Shown here in pieces: positions 1 through 14,839 of a stretch of 64,000 nucleotides of DNA; within the stretch, counting starts at the first letter, position 1; every line of letters begins with the position of its first letter. The position numbers and the translations under genes are program-made. The notes below the pieces were generated by a model. It was not told the origin of the DNA, searched no databases, and was given only the letters and a program-made list of their open reading frames with translations. This stretch comes from the human T2T-CHM13v2.0 reference genome, Homo sapiens: NCBI RefSeq assembly GCF_009914755.1, contig NC_060927.1; one strand, given 5' to 3'.

Positions 1-53
1 GCCTCAGCCTCCCGAAGTACTGTGATTACAGGTATGAATCACTGTGTCTGGCC
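1..53 (-). mobile_element. Alu 5' end (runs off window)
   Basis: Reverse complement of the Alu start (ggccagacacagtgattcatacctgtaatc...). Confidence 0.85.
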
Positions 54-246
54 AAGAAACCTTGATACCCATCTTTTGTCCCATCTTACAGAACTCATAG
101 AATTCATTTCAAAACACATATAGAGAAATTTTGTTATGTTCTCCCCAGTTTTTGTCTCTATTGCATTGGTCATAGTTCTGGTAGCTGTGCCTTAAAATAG
201 TTAACAATGTTCCTCCAAGGAATTAAAACTAACACCTTTGTAATTC

Positions 247-546
<300 letters not shown>

Positions 547-859
547 TAATTCTTTTAAAACTCAAACACCTTTGCAGAAAAGAGAGGAAGACAACTCTAC
601 ACAAAAAGCTCACTCAAGCATTTTAGGAACTGGTTATAGAAAAATAATTGTCTTATATGTTTATATATAAAGGAGTGGGAATTATTACATAGCTTTTAGG
701 CCTGACCCTGGTTCATGAATTTTCCAAATTCTACCAAAACAGCAAAACAGACAAATCAGTAGAATAGAATAGAGTCTGGAAAAAGACTCTGGGAATTTGG
801 TATTGGTAAAAGAGAGATCTTAAATAAGCAAGGTTGCTTTAATATACTACCAGTATGAA

Positions 860-1240
860 TGTAAAATTGGTAAGCCAATTTAGAAGCCAATTTTGCAGTG
901 CCTACTAAAAGACATGCATTGACCCAACAATGCATTGATCCAATAATTCCACTTCTCTATATCTCCCAGAGAAACACTGGCACATGTTCATAATAAGACA
1001 GTACAGTGATGTAGCAGTAGTTGAAATCGTAAAAAATTGGAAACTCCAAATGACTACCAACAGGGGACTGGCTAAATAAACTATGCCAGAACCATACTAT
1101 GAATATGATGCATAAGTAGAAAAAGATAAGACAGGGCTCTCTGCACTGGCCCAAAAAAATTTCCAAACCATGTCACTGAGTGGGAAAAAAAAGCAAACTT
1201 CAGAATATCACTACACAAGGTATCATATGCTGAGGTAAAT
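860..1240 (+). mobile_element. Old L1 (L1ME-like) 3' region fragment
   Basis: Degenerate L1 motifs: aataattccacttct, aaattggaaac, ggctaaataaactatg, catactatgaata. Confidence 0.6.
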
Positions 1241-1599
1241 ACACCTCATATACACATGTATAACAACTACATCAATACCATTAAAAAAACATAAACTCTC
1301 ACTAATCTTTGTCTACCCCAAATCATACATGAAAATATATTTTTATGAATTAGGAACTTAATGACATTTTTAAAACTATAAAAATTACTAAAAATAAATA
1401 TACAAAAATATGTATTTAACCTTAGCATGACACGAAGGCCAGAAACACTAAAGAAAATTTCTGGCAGCATTAACTTTATGACAGAATAACAACAATAACA
1501 AACTTCTGTATATCAAATAATGCCACAGCAAAAATTTTAAACAAAATTGTTGGAGGGAGTTTAAGTGGCTACAGTATCTCTTCAAAAAAAATTTCTCAG

Positions 1600-1835
1600 T
1601 ATGTATATTTAAAATGCACATACCTTGTACCCTAGCAATTTGACTTACAGGGGTTTATGCCAAAAAAAATTGTACATGTTGCCAGTTGTGTGTGTAAAAG
1701 GATGTTTAGCACAGTATTTTGTGTTTATAGTTGCATATAAAAGGGGGAGGATTAAATGCCCACCAAGAAGAAAATGGCTAAATAGATTATGGTACTTCCA
1801 TATGCTAGAATACAATACAGCCATTAAGATAGATA
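1600..1835 (+). mobile_element. Old L1 (L1ME-like) fragment
   Basis: ccctagcaatt..., aaatgccca..., ggctaaatagattatggtacttccatatgctagaatac. Confidence 0.6.
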
Positions 1836-1843
1836 ATAGTATA

Positions 1844-2627
<784 letters not shown>

Positions 2628-2659
2628 ATTAACTTTTATTAAGTTCCATGAGCAAAGGT

Positions 2660-2800
2660 CCATTTCTGAGTTAAATACATTATCTCATTCAATCCTTTCA
2701 GTAATGCTTTGAGGTAGGCATCATCAGAATTCTCATTTTAAAGATGATAGGGCTGAGACTCAGAGAGGATAAGTGCCTCCAAAACATACAACTGTCTCAA
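2660..2800 (-). mobile_element. MIR fragment
   Basis: attatctcattcaatcct...gaggtagg...cattttaaagatga...gactcagagagg. Confidence 0.55.
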
Positions 2801-3374
2801 TCCAAAACAGAAATTCTTGGAAGATTTGTATGTACTAACATAGAAAGATGTTATTGAAACACTGATATGAAGAAAAAAGAAATTATAAAAGAAGAAAAAG
2901 GAAGTTATAGTATGTATACTGTAATGACATTTATGTAAAACAATGTAAAAGTGCAATGGGAAGAAATAAACATGTTAATGTGGTTGTCTGTAGATGGATG
3001 AGGGAGTGATGGGGATTCCCTATCTTCTTTTTACTTAACTATATTTTCTAAATTTTTTTCAGCGAGGTACACACGTTGCACTTTTAAAAATAAAGTAGAT
3101 AATTCTAGGATAAAACCAGTAATGTTGAAATGTAGAGCAATGAATATTATTATTATTGTAGCAAAGATAGGTATTTAAGATTCAGTGTTTTGAGACTTCT
3201 AATGATTTTGCCTGGAGAACACATTCCTATCTGTAGAGGTTAGAACATGAAAAGGCAGCTGGCCTTTTTTAATGATAAAAAATTAGTATATCAATTAAGA
3301 TATAAAAATTATTTCTTTCTATGTTCTAATTACCTAGAAGTTCAGGTACTATTTTAAGTACTTTGGTGTTTCTG

Positions 3375-3653
3375 TTTATTTATTTGTTTGGAGATAGGGT
3401 CTCACTCTGTCACCCAGGCTGGATTGCAGTGGCAGTAATATGGCAGCCTCAACCTCCCTGGCTCAGGTGAACCTCCTACCTCCACCTCCCGAATAGCTGG
3501 GACTACAGGCATGCACCACCATGCCCAGGTGCTTTTTTACCTGGAGTTTCACCATGTTGCCCAGGCTGGCCTCAAACTCCTGGACTCCAGTGATCTGCCC
3601 ACCTTGGCCTCACAAAGTGCTGGGATTACAGGTGTGAGCCACCACACCCAGCC
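3375..3653 (-). mobile_element. AluJ-like
   Basis: Diverged Alu dimer with small deletions. Confidence 0.88.
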
Positions 3654-4135
3654 TGTTTTTAAGTACTGTAAAATAACAATTTATGAGCAGACTAACATGA
3701 ATTGTGGGTTTCTTAACAAAAAGGATGAACGAAGCAAGTTACCCTAAACCTATTGTCTCTATTTTTCAAATGCCATCCTTTGAGATCAGACACACTTTGT
3801 TTCCAGGCAATATGCTGAGTGGGAAATGCCTAGTCCAGTGGGCTGAGCCTGTCAGATCAATACAATGGAATCTGAACTTGTCACTTGCAGGGGTGTGCTA
3901 CCTGAGGCAAAATAACTGTCAAGCACCAACCTCTAACTCAACTATAATCATATCAAACACTCTTGCCTTTTCTTTGCTCTTTCTTATTCTTTTCTTTCTT
4001 TCCTTTTTTTTTTTAATCTTAGTGAAATCAGGTTAAAATGGGTATCAAGAAAACTTGGAGGCTGTAGCAAGAAAAGGTAGTCCTATACTTTCTATGGCAG
4101 AAATATTAAATGGGACCGAAAGTATTGAATACCTT

Positions 4136-4407
4136 TTTTCGCTCTTGTTGCCCAGGCTGGAGTACAACAGCGCGATCTCTGCTCACCGCAACTTCCACCT
4201 CCTGTGTTCAAGCAATTCTCCTGCCTCAGCCTCAGTAGCTGGAATTACAGGCATGCGCCACCATGCCAGGCTAATTTTGTATTTTGTAGTAGAGATGGGG
4301 TTTCTGCATGTTGGTCAGGCTGGTCTCAAACTCCTGACCTCAGGTGATCCGCCCACCTAAGCCTCCCAAATTGCTGGGATTACAGGCATGAGCCATGGCG
4401 CCCAGCT
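4136..4407 (-). mobile_element. AluSp-like, 3'-truncated (no CTCCGTCTC, almost no tail)
   Basis: Alu body ends at ...CAAGAGCGAAAA; TSD gaatacctt at 4127-4135 and 4408-4416. Confidence 0.88.
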
Positions 4408-5146
4408 GAATACCTTCTTATTCCTATAGTTAGAATAAAAGCTAGCACTGCAACCTGGGTTGCCTGATTCCTGCTGGCACAGAGTTCTTTGACGGGACAA
4501 AACTAAGTAACATTCAGTCTGAGGGGGCTTGTGTCCGTAATAACACAGATGTTTTGCCTTTGTGGATAATGGCAGTGGAGGTGAGGGTGGGGTGAAGAGA
4601 TGGGGATATGCACTAACTGTAGACACGTAAGCTTTAACAACAGCAATCGGAGTCACTTTCTTTTCCCTTAACTGCATTTTCCTGAGAATGACAAGCCAAT
4701 GGTTCCAGTGTTACAGACTCTGAAATGCCATACTCTAAGGAAAGTTTCTATTCATGGAAAGCCAAGGACTGGGAAAGAAAGAGTCCTTGATGTTTTTTTT
4801 TTTATTTTCATTTGCACTTTGACTAAAAAGATAGTGAATTGAGGATAAACAGGCACATACACATATGATTTGAGGAAAACAGTCCTCTTGCCTCAGAAAT
4901 ATGTCCTCTAGTGACTTTCTGGCATACTTGATATGCCCACAGTGAAGAATCATTTGTTGGAGATGAAGAATTATCTACGTATTCAACATTGAAAAAATAT
5001 TAAGAATGCATTTACCAAACCTGTTCTTCATGCCCCCCACCTCAAAAAAAGTGATGACTGAATAGTAGAGTCTCTATCCCAAAGAAACTTAAAATCTAGA
5101 TAGGAGTCAGACAAGAAATAAGACAATTTAAATAAAGAGTGATGTG

Positions 5147-5429
5147 GGCCAGATGCAGTGGCTCATATCTATAATCCCAGCATTTTGAGAGGCCGAGGCA
5201 GGAGGATTGCTTGAGCCCAGGAGTTCGAGACCAGCCTGGGCAACACAGTAAGACCCCCAACTCTACGAAAAATTTTTAAAATGAGCTAGGCATGGTGGCA
5301 CACACCTGTAGTCCCAGATACTCAGGAGGCTGAGGCAGGAGGATTGCTTGATCCCAAGAAGTCGAGGCTGCAGTGAGCTGCGATCACATCACTCCAGCCT
5401 CGGTGACAGAGTAGGACCTCGTCTCAAAA
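5147..5429 (+). mobile_element. AluJ-like
   Basis: ggaggattgcttgagcccaggagttcgag J-type sequence. Confidence 0.9.
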
Positions 5430-5585
5430 GCGAAAGAAAGAAAGGAAAGGAAAGGAAGAGGGGGAGGGGAATAAAGGGAAAAAGAAGAAAGAGAGAAGAA
5501 GGGAGGGAAGGATAGAGGGAGGAAAGGAGGAAGGAAGGAAGGAAGGGAGGGGAGAGGGAAGGAGGAAGGAAGGGAGGGAGGGAAG
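5430..5585 (+). repeat. Purine-rich (GGAA/GAAA) low-complexity tract
   Basis: Near-pure G/A run following the Alu tail. Confidence 0.9.
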
Positions 5586-6277
5586 TGTTAGCACAAGGTG
5601 AGGATATTTATCACTCAGGAGAAAGGAAGATGAGACATACCAATCGATGAGCATAGATATGGTGGAACCCAGAACTGGAAGAAGTGGCAAGAGGCTAGAA
5701 AGTAAATAGCAGAGAGTAAGGGCTAACACAAAGGGCTCTTTTTATCCTGAGGAGAAGGAGGAGAGCCTTTGAAGGGTTTAAGCTGGTGAGGAAGGGTGGA
5801 GTGAGTAGGGATGAGAAGACATGTGATATATGAATATATTATATTTATGCTTGTATAATAATGGAGAGAAAAATGCATCAAGCCATTAACAGTCACAAAC
5901 ATACTTGAAGAATTTGTTTTAAAAAAACAATTGGCAGAGGGAAGCATTCAGAAATTCATCTCAAAATTACATTCTTGCTCCAAAACTGTGGAAAACCCAG
6001 AGATACAAACTCCTGACAGAATATGTATCTATTTGAGAAGTCAAAACTCCTGTACACACACAAAAAATAAAGTGTACCTATTAACCTATGGGGTGGGGAT
6101 TTCTATGTAGCAGTGGCTTAGGAAAGGGCACGTTCCAGAAAAAATTAAAGCAGCCTCCAAAGGCCTCATGGAGGAGAGGAAAGAAGACTTCCTGAGGAGA
6201 GATAGTGAGGACAAGGGTTTTCTTGGGAGGGTGGGGCGGGGTAGATGGAATTTGTGTTCAAAACCAAAGGCTTGTGA

Positions 6278-6601
<324 letters not shown>

Positions 6602-7646
6602 TGACATTCATTCTTGAAACCTTAACTGAGCCCTGAACCAGATGGTTTTGATGTATGCAGTAAAAATAGGTGGAAACGACTTGTCTCCAAAGACCTTCAG
6701 TTTAGTTATCTGGTAGGAAAAGAGAAGATACTGGTTTGAATGGAATAGAAGCTTTGTTGAAGGGCAGTTCAGAGTAAGGGAATCTCCTCAGGGTAGGGGG
6801 TGGGGGCTGGGACTGGGAGGAAAGGGACCTGCATGACCAGGGGTGCAACTTGAGGGTTCTGAGAGAGTAGAGACCAATCAGAACTCTGAAGCAAACTTGA
6901 TCACTTCACAGTATTTGTCCTACTGATCTGGCCAAAGATACACACATACATGTGCATACGCACATGTACACACACACACACATTTAATGCCTACAGACTG
7001 CAGTGTACCCTAGAAGTATACATAGATTGTCCTTAGATGGAAAAACAGCCTATAGAATGCTTCGTTACAATGTGTTTGTATTTTAGCTAGAGTTGCCTTC
7101 CAAAGACCTTATTGCTAAGAAACAATCAAAGTGAGAGCCCTCCTTTGTTAGGAACAAAGAAGTTTGAAAAAAGATTCCTTTGGTTCATGTGTCATTTAGT
7201 TGAAGGATGTTTGTTATGGAAAATGCAGTTATGAAAGTCATAACAGGCATCCTAAACCTTGACTTAAAGGGTTTGCTTTCTACATAAGAAATCGTTATCT
7301 ATTTGTTATATTACATTTGTTTAAATAATTATCTATTTGTTATATTGAATTTGTAATGTATAGAAAAATATAAATGAAAAATTATTCATAGTTGACCACA
7401 GCTAACATTTAAATGTAATTTCTTTCAATTCTATGTATTTTAGCCAGTTATGTCATTGAAGCTGAGCTTTTTATTTAGTAATAGATACTTTCAGTTTCCC
7501 CTCTGATCACAAAGGCCAGAGGACTCTGTTCACCGACGCAGGTTTCTGGCCTGCTAACCTAAAGTCCTGTGTTAATGTTCCGGGTAACACAGATTTTAGG
7601 TTTTGAGCTGAAAGGCACCTAAGGGATTAAGGTAATTGCCCTAGAA

Positions 7647-8191
<545 letters not shown>

Positions 8192-8295
8192 TAGTAATCA
8201 TCACAAATCCACAGCAAACCCTAGGAATAACGTGTTCCATGGTGCCTCCTCTCACTCACACAGTACTTGCAAAGAGTAGGTACTTAAAGCTTGTT

Positions 8296-8605
8296 GGCCG
8301 GGTGTGGTGGCTCACACCTGTAATCCCAGCACTTTGGGAGGCTGAGGAGAGCAAATCCCTTGAGTCCAGGAGGTCGAGACCAGCCTGGGCAACATGGTGA
8401 AACCTCTCTCTACAAAAATATAAAAAGTTAGCAGGGCGTGGTGGCCCATACCTGTAGTTGCAGCTACTCTGGAGAATGAGATGGAGGATTGCTTGAACTC
8501 TGGAGCTCTGGAGGCTGCAGTGAGCCATGATCATGCCACTGCACTCCAGCCTGGGCGACAGAGACTCTGTCTCAAAAAAATATATATATAAAATAAAATA
8601 AAATA
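8296..8605 (+). mobile_element. AluJ-like
   Basis: Full dimer, TSD aaagc(t/a)tgtt. Confidence 0.9.
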
Positions 8606-8805
8606 AAGCATGTTGACTAAAAGAATGCTCTCCTAAATTTCCCCAAATCTGTAAACCATTTCCCATGCCCTTCTGAACAGATGCCACCTAAATTTGCCCT
8701 TGAAGCAAACTTTCCTTTTATTTTCCCCAGACTTTCCTTTGACCTCCTCTAAAGAAAAAAATAAGTACCACAGAATTTTCTTCTTATCTTTCCTGGTTGC
8801 AGGCC

Positions 8806-8957
8806 CTTGCTACTCAAAGTGTAGGCAGCAGACCAGCAGCAGGGCATCGCCTGGCAGCTTGTTAGAAATGTAGAATCTCAGACTTACTGAATCAGAGCCT
8901 GAATTTTAGCAAGACCCCTAGGTGATGCATTCACACAGCAACATTTGAGAAGCAAAG
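8806..8957 (+). mobile_element. MER5A/MER5A1
   Basis: gctactcaaagtgt...gcttgttagaaatgtagaatctcagac...tttgagaagc. Confidence 0.8.
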
Positions 8958-9014
8958 TTCTAGAAAGCCAGCTGCTGCTCATGTTCCTGCTCAAGTGAGT
9001 TTCATAATAAGTAA

Positions 9015-9315
<301 letters not shown>

Positions 9316-9354
9316 TCATAACAAGTAATTTTTAATATTACACTATGTGGCACT

Positions 9355-9475
9355 AATTTATTCAACAAGTATTTCCCAAGTACCTACTATGTGCAAGGAT
9401 TGGTGGTATGGAAACAACATTGAACAAGACATGGTCTCAGACTCCTTGAGGAATGTATAGTTTACAGAAGAGATA
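9355..9475 (-). mobile_element. L2 3' end fragment
   Basis: atttattcaacaagtattt...acctactatgtgc. Confidence 0.55.
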
Positions 9476-9714
9476 GACTGTGGCCACCAATAGCCGGGAT
9501 ACCAAGCAGGGTTTGGTAAGAGGCTTCTGAGTGGCCTAAGGTATTGCTATTCAGAGAGGACAGAGAATACTTCCTACAGGAGTGATGACAATGATTGCTT
9601 CTACATGTAGAAGAGGATTTTAAAAGTCATGAAATTAGCAAATTATATTATAGTATAAACATACGAAGTTCAGAGTATCAGAAATGACTTTAGAAGGTCC
9701 CTCATCTAAAGACA

Positions 9715-9925
9715 TAGCAGAATATAGTGAAAAGAGCTTCAGCTTTGAAAACAGAAAGACCTGAGTTCAAGTCCAACTGGTTAATCTTGGGAATGTTACT
9801 TAGACTCTCTGAAACTAACTTCCTCATCTATAAAAAACACAATACCTAAGTTTCAGAGTTGTTCACAGGATTAGTGAGAGTGTGTGTATAGTGTCTGGCA
9901 CACAGTAGGCACTCAACAAGTGGTA
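9715..9925 (+). mobile_element. MIR
   Basis: agacctgagttcaagtcc...ttcctcatctataaaa...gtctggcacacagtaggcactcaa. Confidence 0.7.
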
Positions 9926-11674
9926 TGACTGTTCTGTTCTTGTTCCTGAGGTTCTGTGTGACCTATACCCTGTCTCCCTTTATCTCAGGCATGTGGCAGG
10001 AGCTGCTTGAAAGTGTCCACACTTGGGAGTGGCTGGATCTGGCCTAGAAAGGTTCTAGCCACTAGTTCCTAGTCATTGCTCTGAATTGTAGCACTTTCTT
10101 CATACTTCAGTCTTGAGTGGACATGAAACCTGAAAATTATGTGTTTCTATGAAAATCACTTATTGATCTGCACAAGACCGAGAGGATATTACTAAGTTGA
10201 TTTATGTTTATGCAATAATGTAGATCAAATTATTTTGAAATGTTTTGAGTCTAGACTGAATAAGTGAGTTTTCCTTTGAATAATTGGTATTGTGTAGATA
10301 AGGCCTTTATTCCTCTCATTCAATCTAGACCAATTTGAACCTCAGTTCGTCTTGTGTCTGGTAACGTCAGGAGCCATCAGGATCCAGAATAAAGAATGAA
10401 TCTTATCTCTCCTCTCCTCTCCTCTCCTCCGCCCTTCTTCCTCCTTCAACTCCTTTTTTTCCTTCTCCTTTTTCTTTCCCTCCCTCACAAGGCTATTGAA
10501 TTTTTTATTTGCTTCTCTTAGGAACTGAGCCTTGATTCAGCTCTGTACTGCCAAGTAAATGACTAGATCAGCTTGAAATCTTATGTAAATGATAAGATGT
10601 CAAAATAGTAGTCCAAAATAGTAGTTGTCTAATGCCTCTCATAGTCTTTAAGAGGTCATTATAATCTGTAAGAGAAAGCTGAAAATATTTTTTCAATGTT
10701 AATGACTCAGAAAACAGTAGATATTGTACCCTCCTATTTCTCTGAAGGAAAAAAAGAAAGCGTCTCATAGCCCAATAGATTCTATAAAACAGAAGGCAAG
10801 AAAAAATATCTTAGAAATTACTCTTGAATACTAAGGGCTTAAAGCTCAAAGTGCCTGATTATCCAATGGACAGACCCATACAAGATGGAGCCCCACAAAA
10901 TCAGTATTGCCATAAAGCTAGAGTGATCATATACTTTATCACTTCTAACTCATTTAACAATTAAAGGGTGCTATTAATAACTATTAATTATAGTCATACA
11001 TACTTATAATAATTATTAATGTAGAATAGTCCTGGGAAACAGGGATGTATAGCTATCCTTCCTAAAGGCATGCAAGAATAGGAATATGATTTGGAGCAGA
11101 GGTGATGGTAAAGAGATAAGAAAAATATTATTTTTCTTCATTTAAAAGACAATGTTTGATGTGATAAGTGTATTTGTAAAATCTGTCCACTAGGCTATAT
11201 AGCTTGATAGCTATGAATGCTCAAAAACATACCTCACCTTATTTATTAAGCAAGTTCAGCTCTATGAAACATAACCTAGAATTAAATCTCTGAGTGGCAA
11301 AGCACACCCATTAACATTTACGTGCCTCAAAGAACACGAAAAGAAGCCCCTTAGCCCTTCCCTCAAAGCTTACTGAATCCTCCTTGAAACACAGCTTGTT
11401 AACACATTTGGTTAACGAATTCCAACCCACAGTCCTAGAAATAAGAAGTCATATATAAGAAAATATAATGAGCCTGGCACACGCAAAAGCAGCAGAGGGA
11501 CACTTGATAGCCTCATTACGAGAAGCCAGACAGAAGAACTCCAAAGCACATTCTCTGTGGCCTGTAAACCTATAGTCCCTGAAAATCCCACTGTTCTACA
11601 ACACAGCACACTAACTGATTTCCATCATTACAATCTTGAGTCATCAATAAGAAAGTTATAATTTAAATGAGAAG

Positions 11675-11910
11675 TCATGGAGTTAGAAAGACTGGATTGT
11701 AGTTCTAACACTGCCATTCACTAGCTTTGACCTTGAGTAAATTATTCAACCCCTCGTTTAGAGGGATTTAACCCTTATTAGCATTAGCATCATCTGCAAA
11801 ATGGGAAGAATACTTACCTAAGGATGATGATAATGATGAAATGTGTTCATGCTTTTAAAGGCCTAGCACTGTGTTTGGTGTATGGGAGCTGCTCAATCAA
11901 TGGAAGTTGT
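11675..11910 (+). mobile_element. MIR
   Basis: tgaccttgagtaaattatt...catctgcaaaatggg. Confidence 0.6.
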
Positions 11911-12856
11911 CATTCATCATAATAGGAAGTCCTGTGTGTTCTACATAACAAGAATGTTACCCTGCATGGCAAGAAACATTACAAGATTATCACTATTAGG
12001 GTTTTTACCAATGAGGTGCTAACCGGGTCAGTTTATGACAGCAGATGTTATGGCTTGTTTGGAATGGTAGGCATGAAAATCAAATAGCCATGCATGATTA
12101 CATAAGCAAGAAGAAGAATTTGAGCAGTAGATTATCACAGACCAACAGAACAGAAAGTGTCATGTTCTATTGGGGTCAGGATAGAAAGTGATATCCCAGG
12201 GGCTCAATTTAGGGAGGAATAGAGTACTCCCAGATACCCAGGTCCTCTTCCAAAGTTGGGGCCTAGGATCCTGTGGCAGACCATTTGACCAACATGAATA
12301 AAATTTGGAAAAAAATAAAAAGGTTTTTTTTTCCCCCATAAAAGATTAGCCTTCAGAAGTTCCCAAAGTAAAAATTGTTTATAAGTGGATTGCATTGCCT
12401 TGAGAAATTAGTGAGTTTTTCATCAACAGAAAGGTGTGTTCAAACATAACTTTAAAATCTCTTGAAATGACCATTATTAAATGGATTTAAGCATTGTTTG
12501 GAAAGCTAAATTAAATTACTTTATCATCGTCCTTTCCAAAACTAAAACAATATTTCACTTATGTGGAATAATTTATAGATTCATTAAAAATGCTAAGTAA
12601 ATGAAGTGCTATTGTAAATCATTTATTGTTCTGAATATAAATGAATATGTTAATTGAAGAAATTCATAAGGTATCAAATACATATATAAGAGAAAATAAA
12701 CAATCATGAGCCTGCTCATCTGTCATAAACATTTTCTTTCCATCATTTTTCCACAAGTTTTTCCAAAGTTTAGACTGTATTATACAGGCAATTTTTATCT
12801 TACAGTTTTTTGCTTTGTTATAATCATTTTTGTGTCATCAAAAAATGTTTTGGGGG

Positions 12857-13293
12857 GGCCAGCCACAGTGACTCACACATATATTCCCAGCACTTTGGGA
12901 GGCCAACATGGGAGGACTGTTTGAGCCCAGGTGTTCAAGATGAGCCTGGGCAACACAGGGAGACCCTGTCTCTACAAAATTTTTTTTTGATTATCCACGT
13001 CTCTGTGATGTGATTATTATGCACTGCATGCCTGTATCAAAAGTCTCATCTACCCCATATACACACCTACTATGTACCCACAAAAATTAAAAATTAAAAT
13101 TAAATAAACATTTTTTAAAAGGAAGAAAATTAGCCAGGCATGGTGGCGTGTGCCTCTAGTCTCAGCTACCTGGGAGGCTGAGGTAGGAAGATTGCTTGAG
13201 CCCAGGAGGTCAAGGTTACAGTGAGCTGTGTTCCAGCCACAGTACTCTAGCATGGGTGACAAAGCGAGACCTTGTCTCAAAAAAAAAAAAAAA
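12857..13293 (+). mobile_element. AluJ-like interrupted in its A-rich linker by an L1 3' end
   Basis: Left arm 12857-12978, right arm ~13125-13293. Confidence 0.88.
12989..13108 (+). mobile_element. L1MA-type 3' terminus (5'-truncated)
   Basis: tgatgtgattattatgcactgcatgcctgtatcaaaa...ctactatgtacccacaaaaattaaaaatt. Confidence 0.8.
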
Positions 13294-13344
13294 GTTTTTT
13301 GGGCATTATTTTAAGGGTTACAAATATTATGTTATCTCAACACA

Positions 13345-13572
13345 TCAAATTTGGGCTCCAAATCTACATGCCTCAGTGGAAATCCTGCTCTGCACTTACC
13401 AGCTACGTGATTTGCGCAATTTACTAACACCTCTGTGCCTATTTCATCATCTGTACAATGTGAATAATAGCACTACCTATCTCATAGCTTTATTATGGAG
13501 ATGTAATGAGTTAATACATGTAAAATACTTAGTATCTGACACATAGTAAATATTCAATAAATCTTTATTATT
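13345..13572 (+). mobile_element. MIR
   Basis: cacttaccagctacgtga...ctctgtgcct...gagttaatacatgtaaa...cacatagtaaatattcaataa. Confidence 0.75.
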
Positions 13573-14284
13573 GTTCTATTCATTTCCCTAACATGAGGCA
13601 CTTAGATTACTTTTCATTTTTAACCATTACAAATAATTCTGATAAATATCTTTGTAATAAATGGGTTATGAAAGATATTCTTCACAATCCAAACTCTTCA
13701 GCCATTTTTTTTTGTTTCAGCTGTTTGTTTTTAAGCATGAAATAATGGATGAACAGATACTATTTGTTTGAAACCAGTAGCTTTGTCAATATGTTTTTAA
13801 AGAAAGAATAATAATCTATTTTTATTGTTTTCTGTCTTCCTTTTTTACAAAATCATGGTACAATACACATAAATTTTACCATAAGTGACATTTAGTATGT
13901 TCCCAATGTTGTACAATTTGCCAATATGTTTTCAGGCCACTGATCTCAAAGATGGTCAAATAAAATGCATAGGAAGGAAGCAAGAAGAAGCAAACCTTAT
14001 TAGCCTCAAAATGTCTTTTATGAACAAGGAAACAATATTTCCTTGTTTTCAAATTTCATTAAGAAACTATTGGGTCCAACCACCAAGTTATAGCCACTTT
14101 AAATATTTTCTGGAAGATACATGCATCCGTAAAACTTTACTTCCATAATCTGTTCGGTCAGAAAGATGACAGAAGAAAAAGGGTTAACACTTAAGGAGTC
14201 TTTAAGGAGTTCGGATATTGTGGAAGGTGGTTAACATAAATGACCCTATTTAGTCCTTATAAAGATGATGAGCTATAGCAATTG

Positions 14285-14430
14285 TCCTTCAGATTACAGA
14301 TGAGGAAACTGAAGTTTGGAGAATGTGACATAATTTATCTAGATGCACACAGCTAAGAAGTAACAGAGACAGGACTCAACTCAGACCTACCTGATTCCTC
14401 AGGTCCATACTCTTTCCATATACCACTGCC
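14285..14430 (-). mobile_element. MIR
   Basis: ttacagatgaggaaactgaag...cacacagctaagaagt. Confidence 0.7.
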
Positions 14431-14450
14431 TTGTTGAAATAAGCATGTAG

Positions 14451-14839
<389 letters not shown>

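Noticed and set aside
5424-5729. Hydrophobic or lysine-rich ORFs here and at 28018-28378 and 56517-56802
   Set aside because: They are translations of microsatellite and low-complexity tracts.
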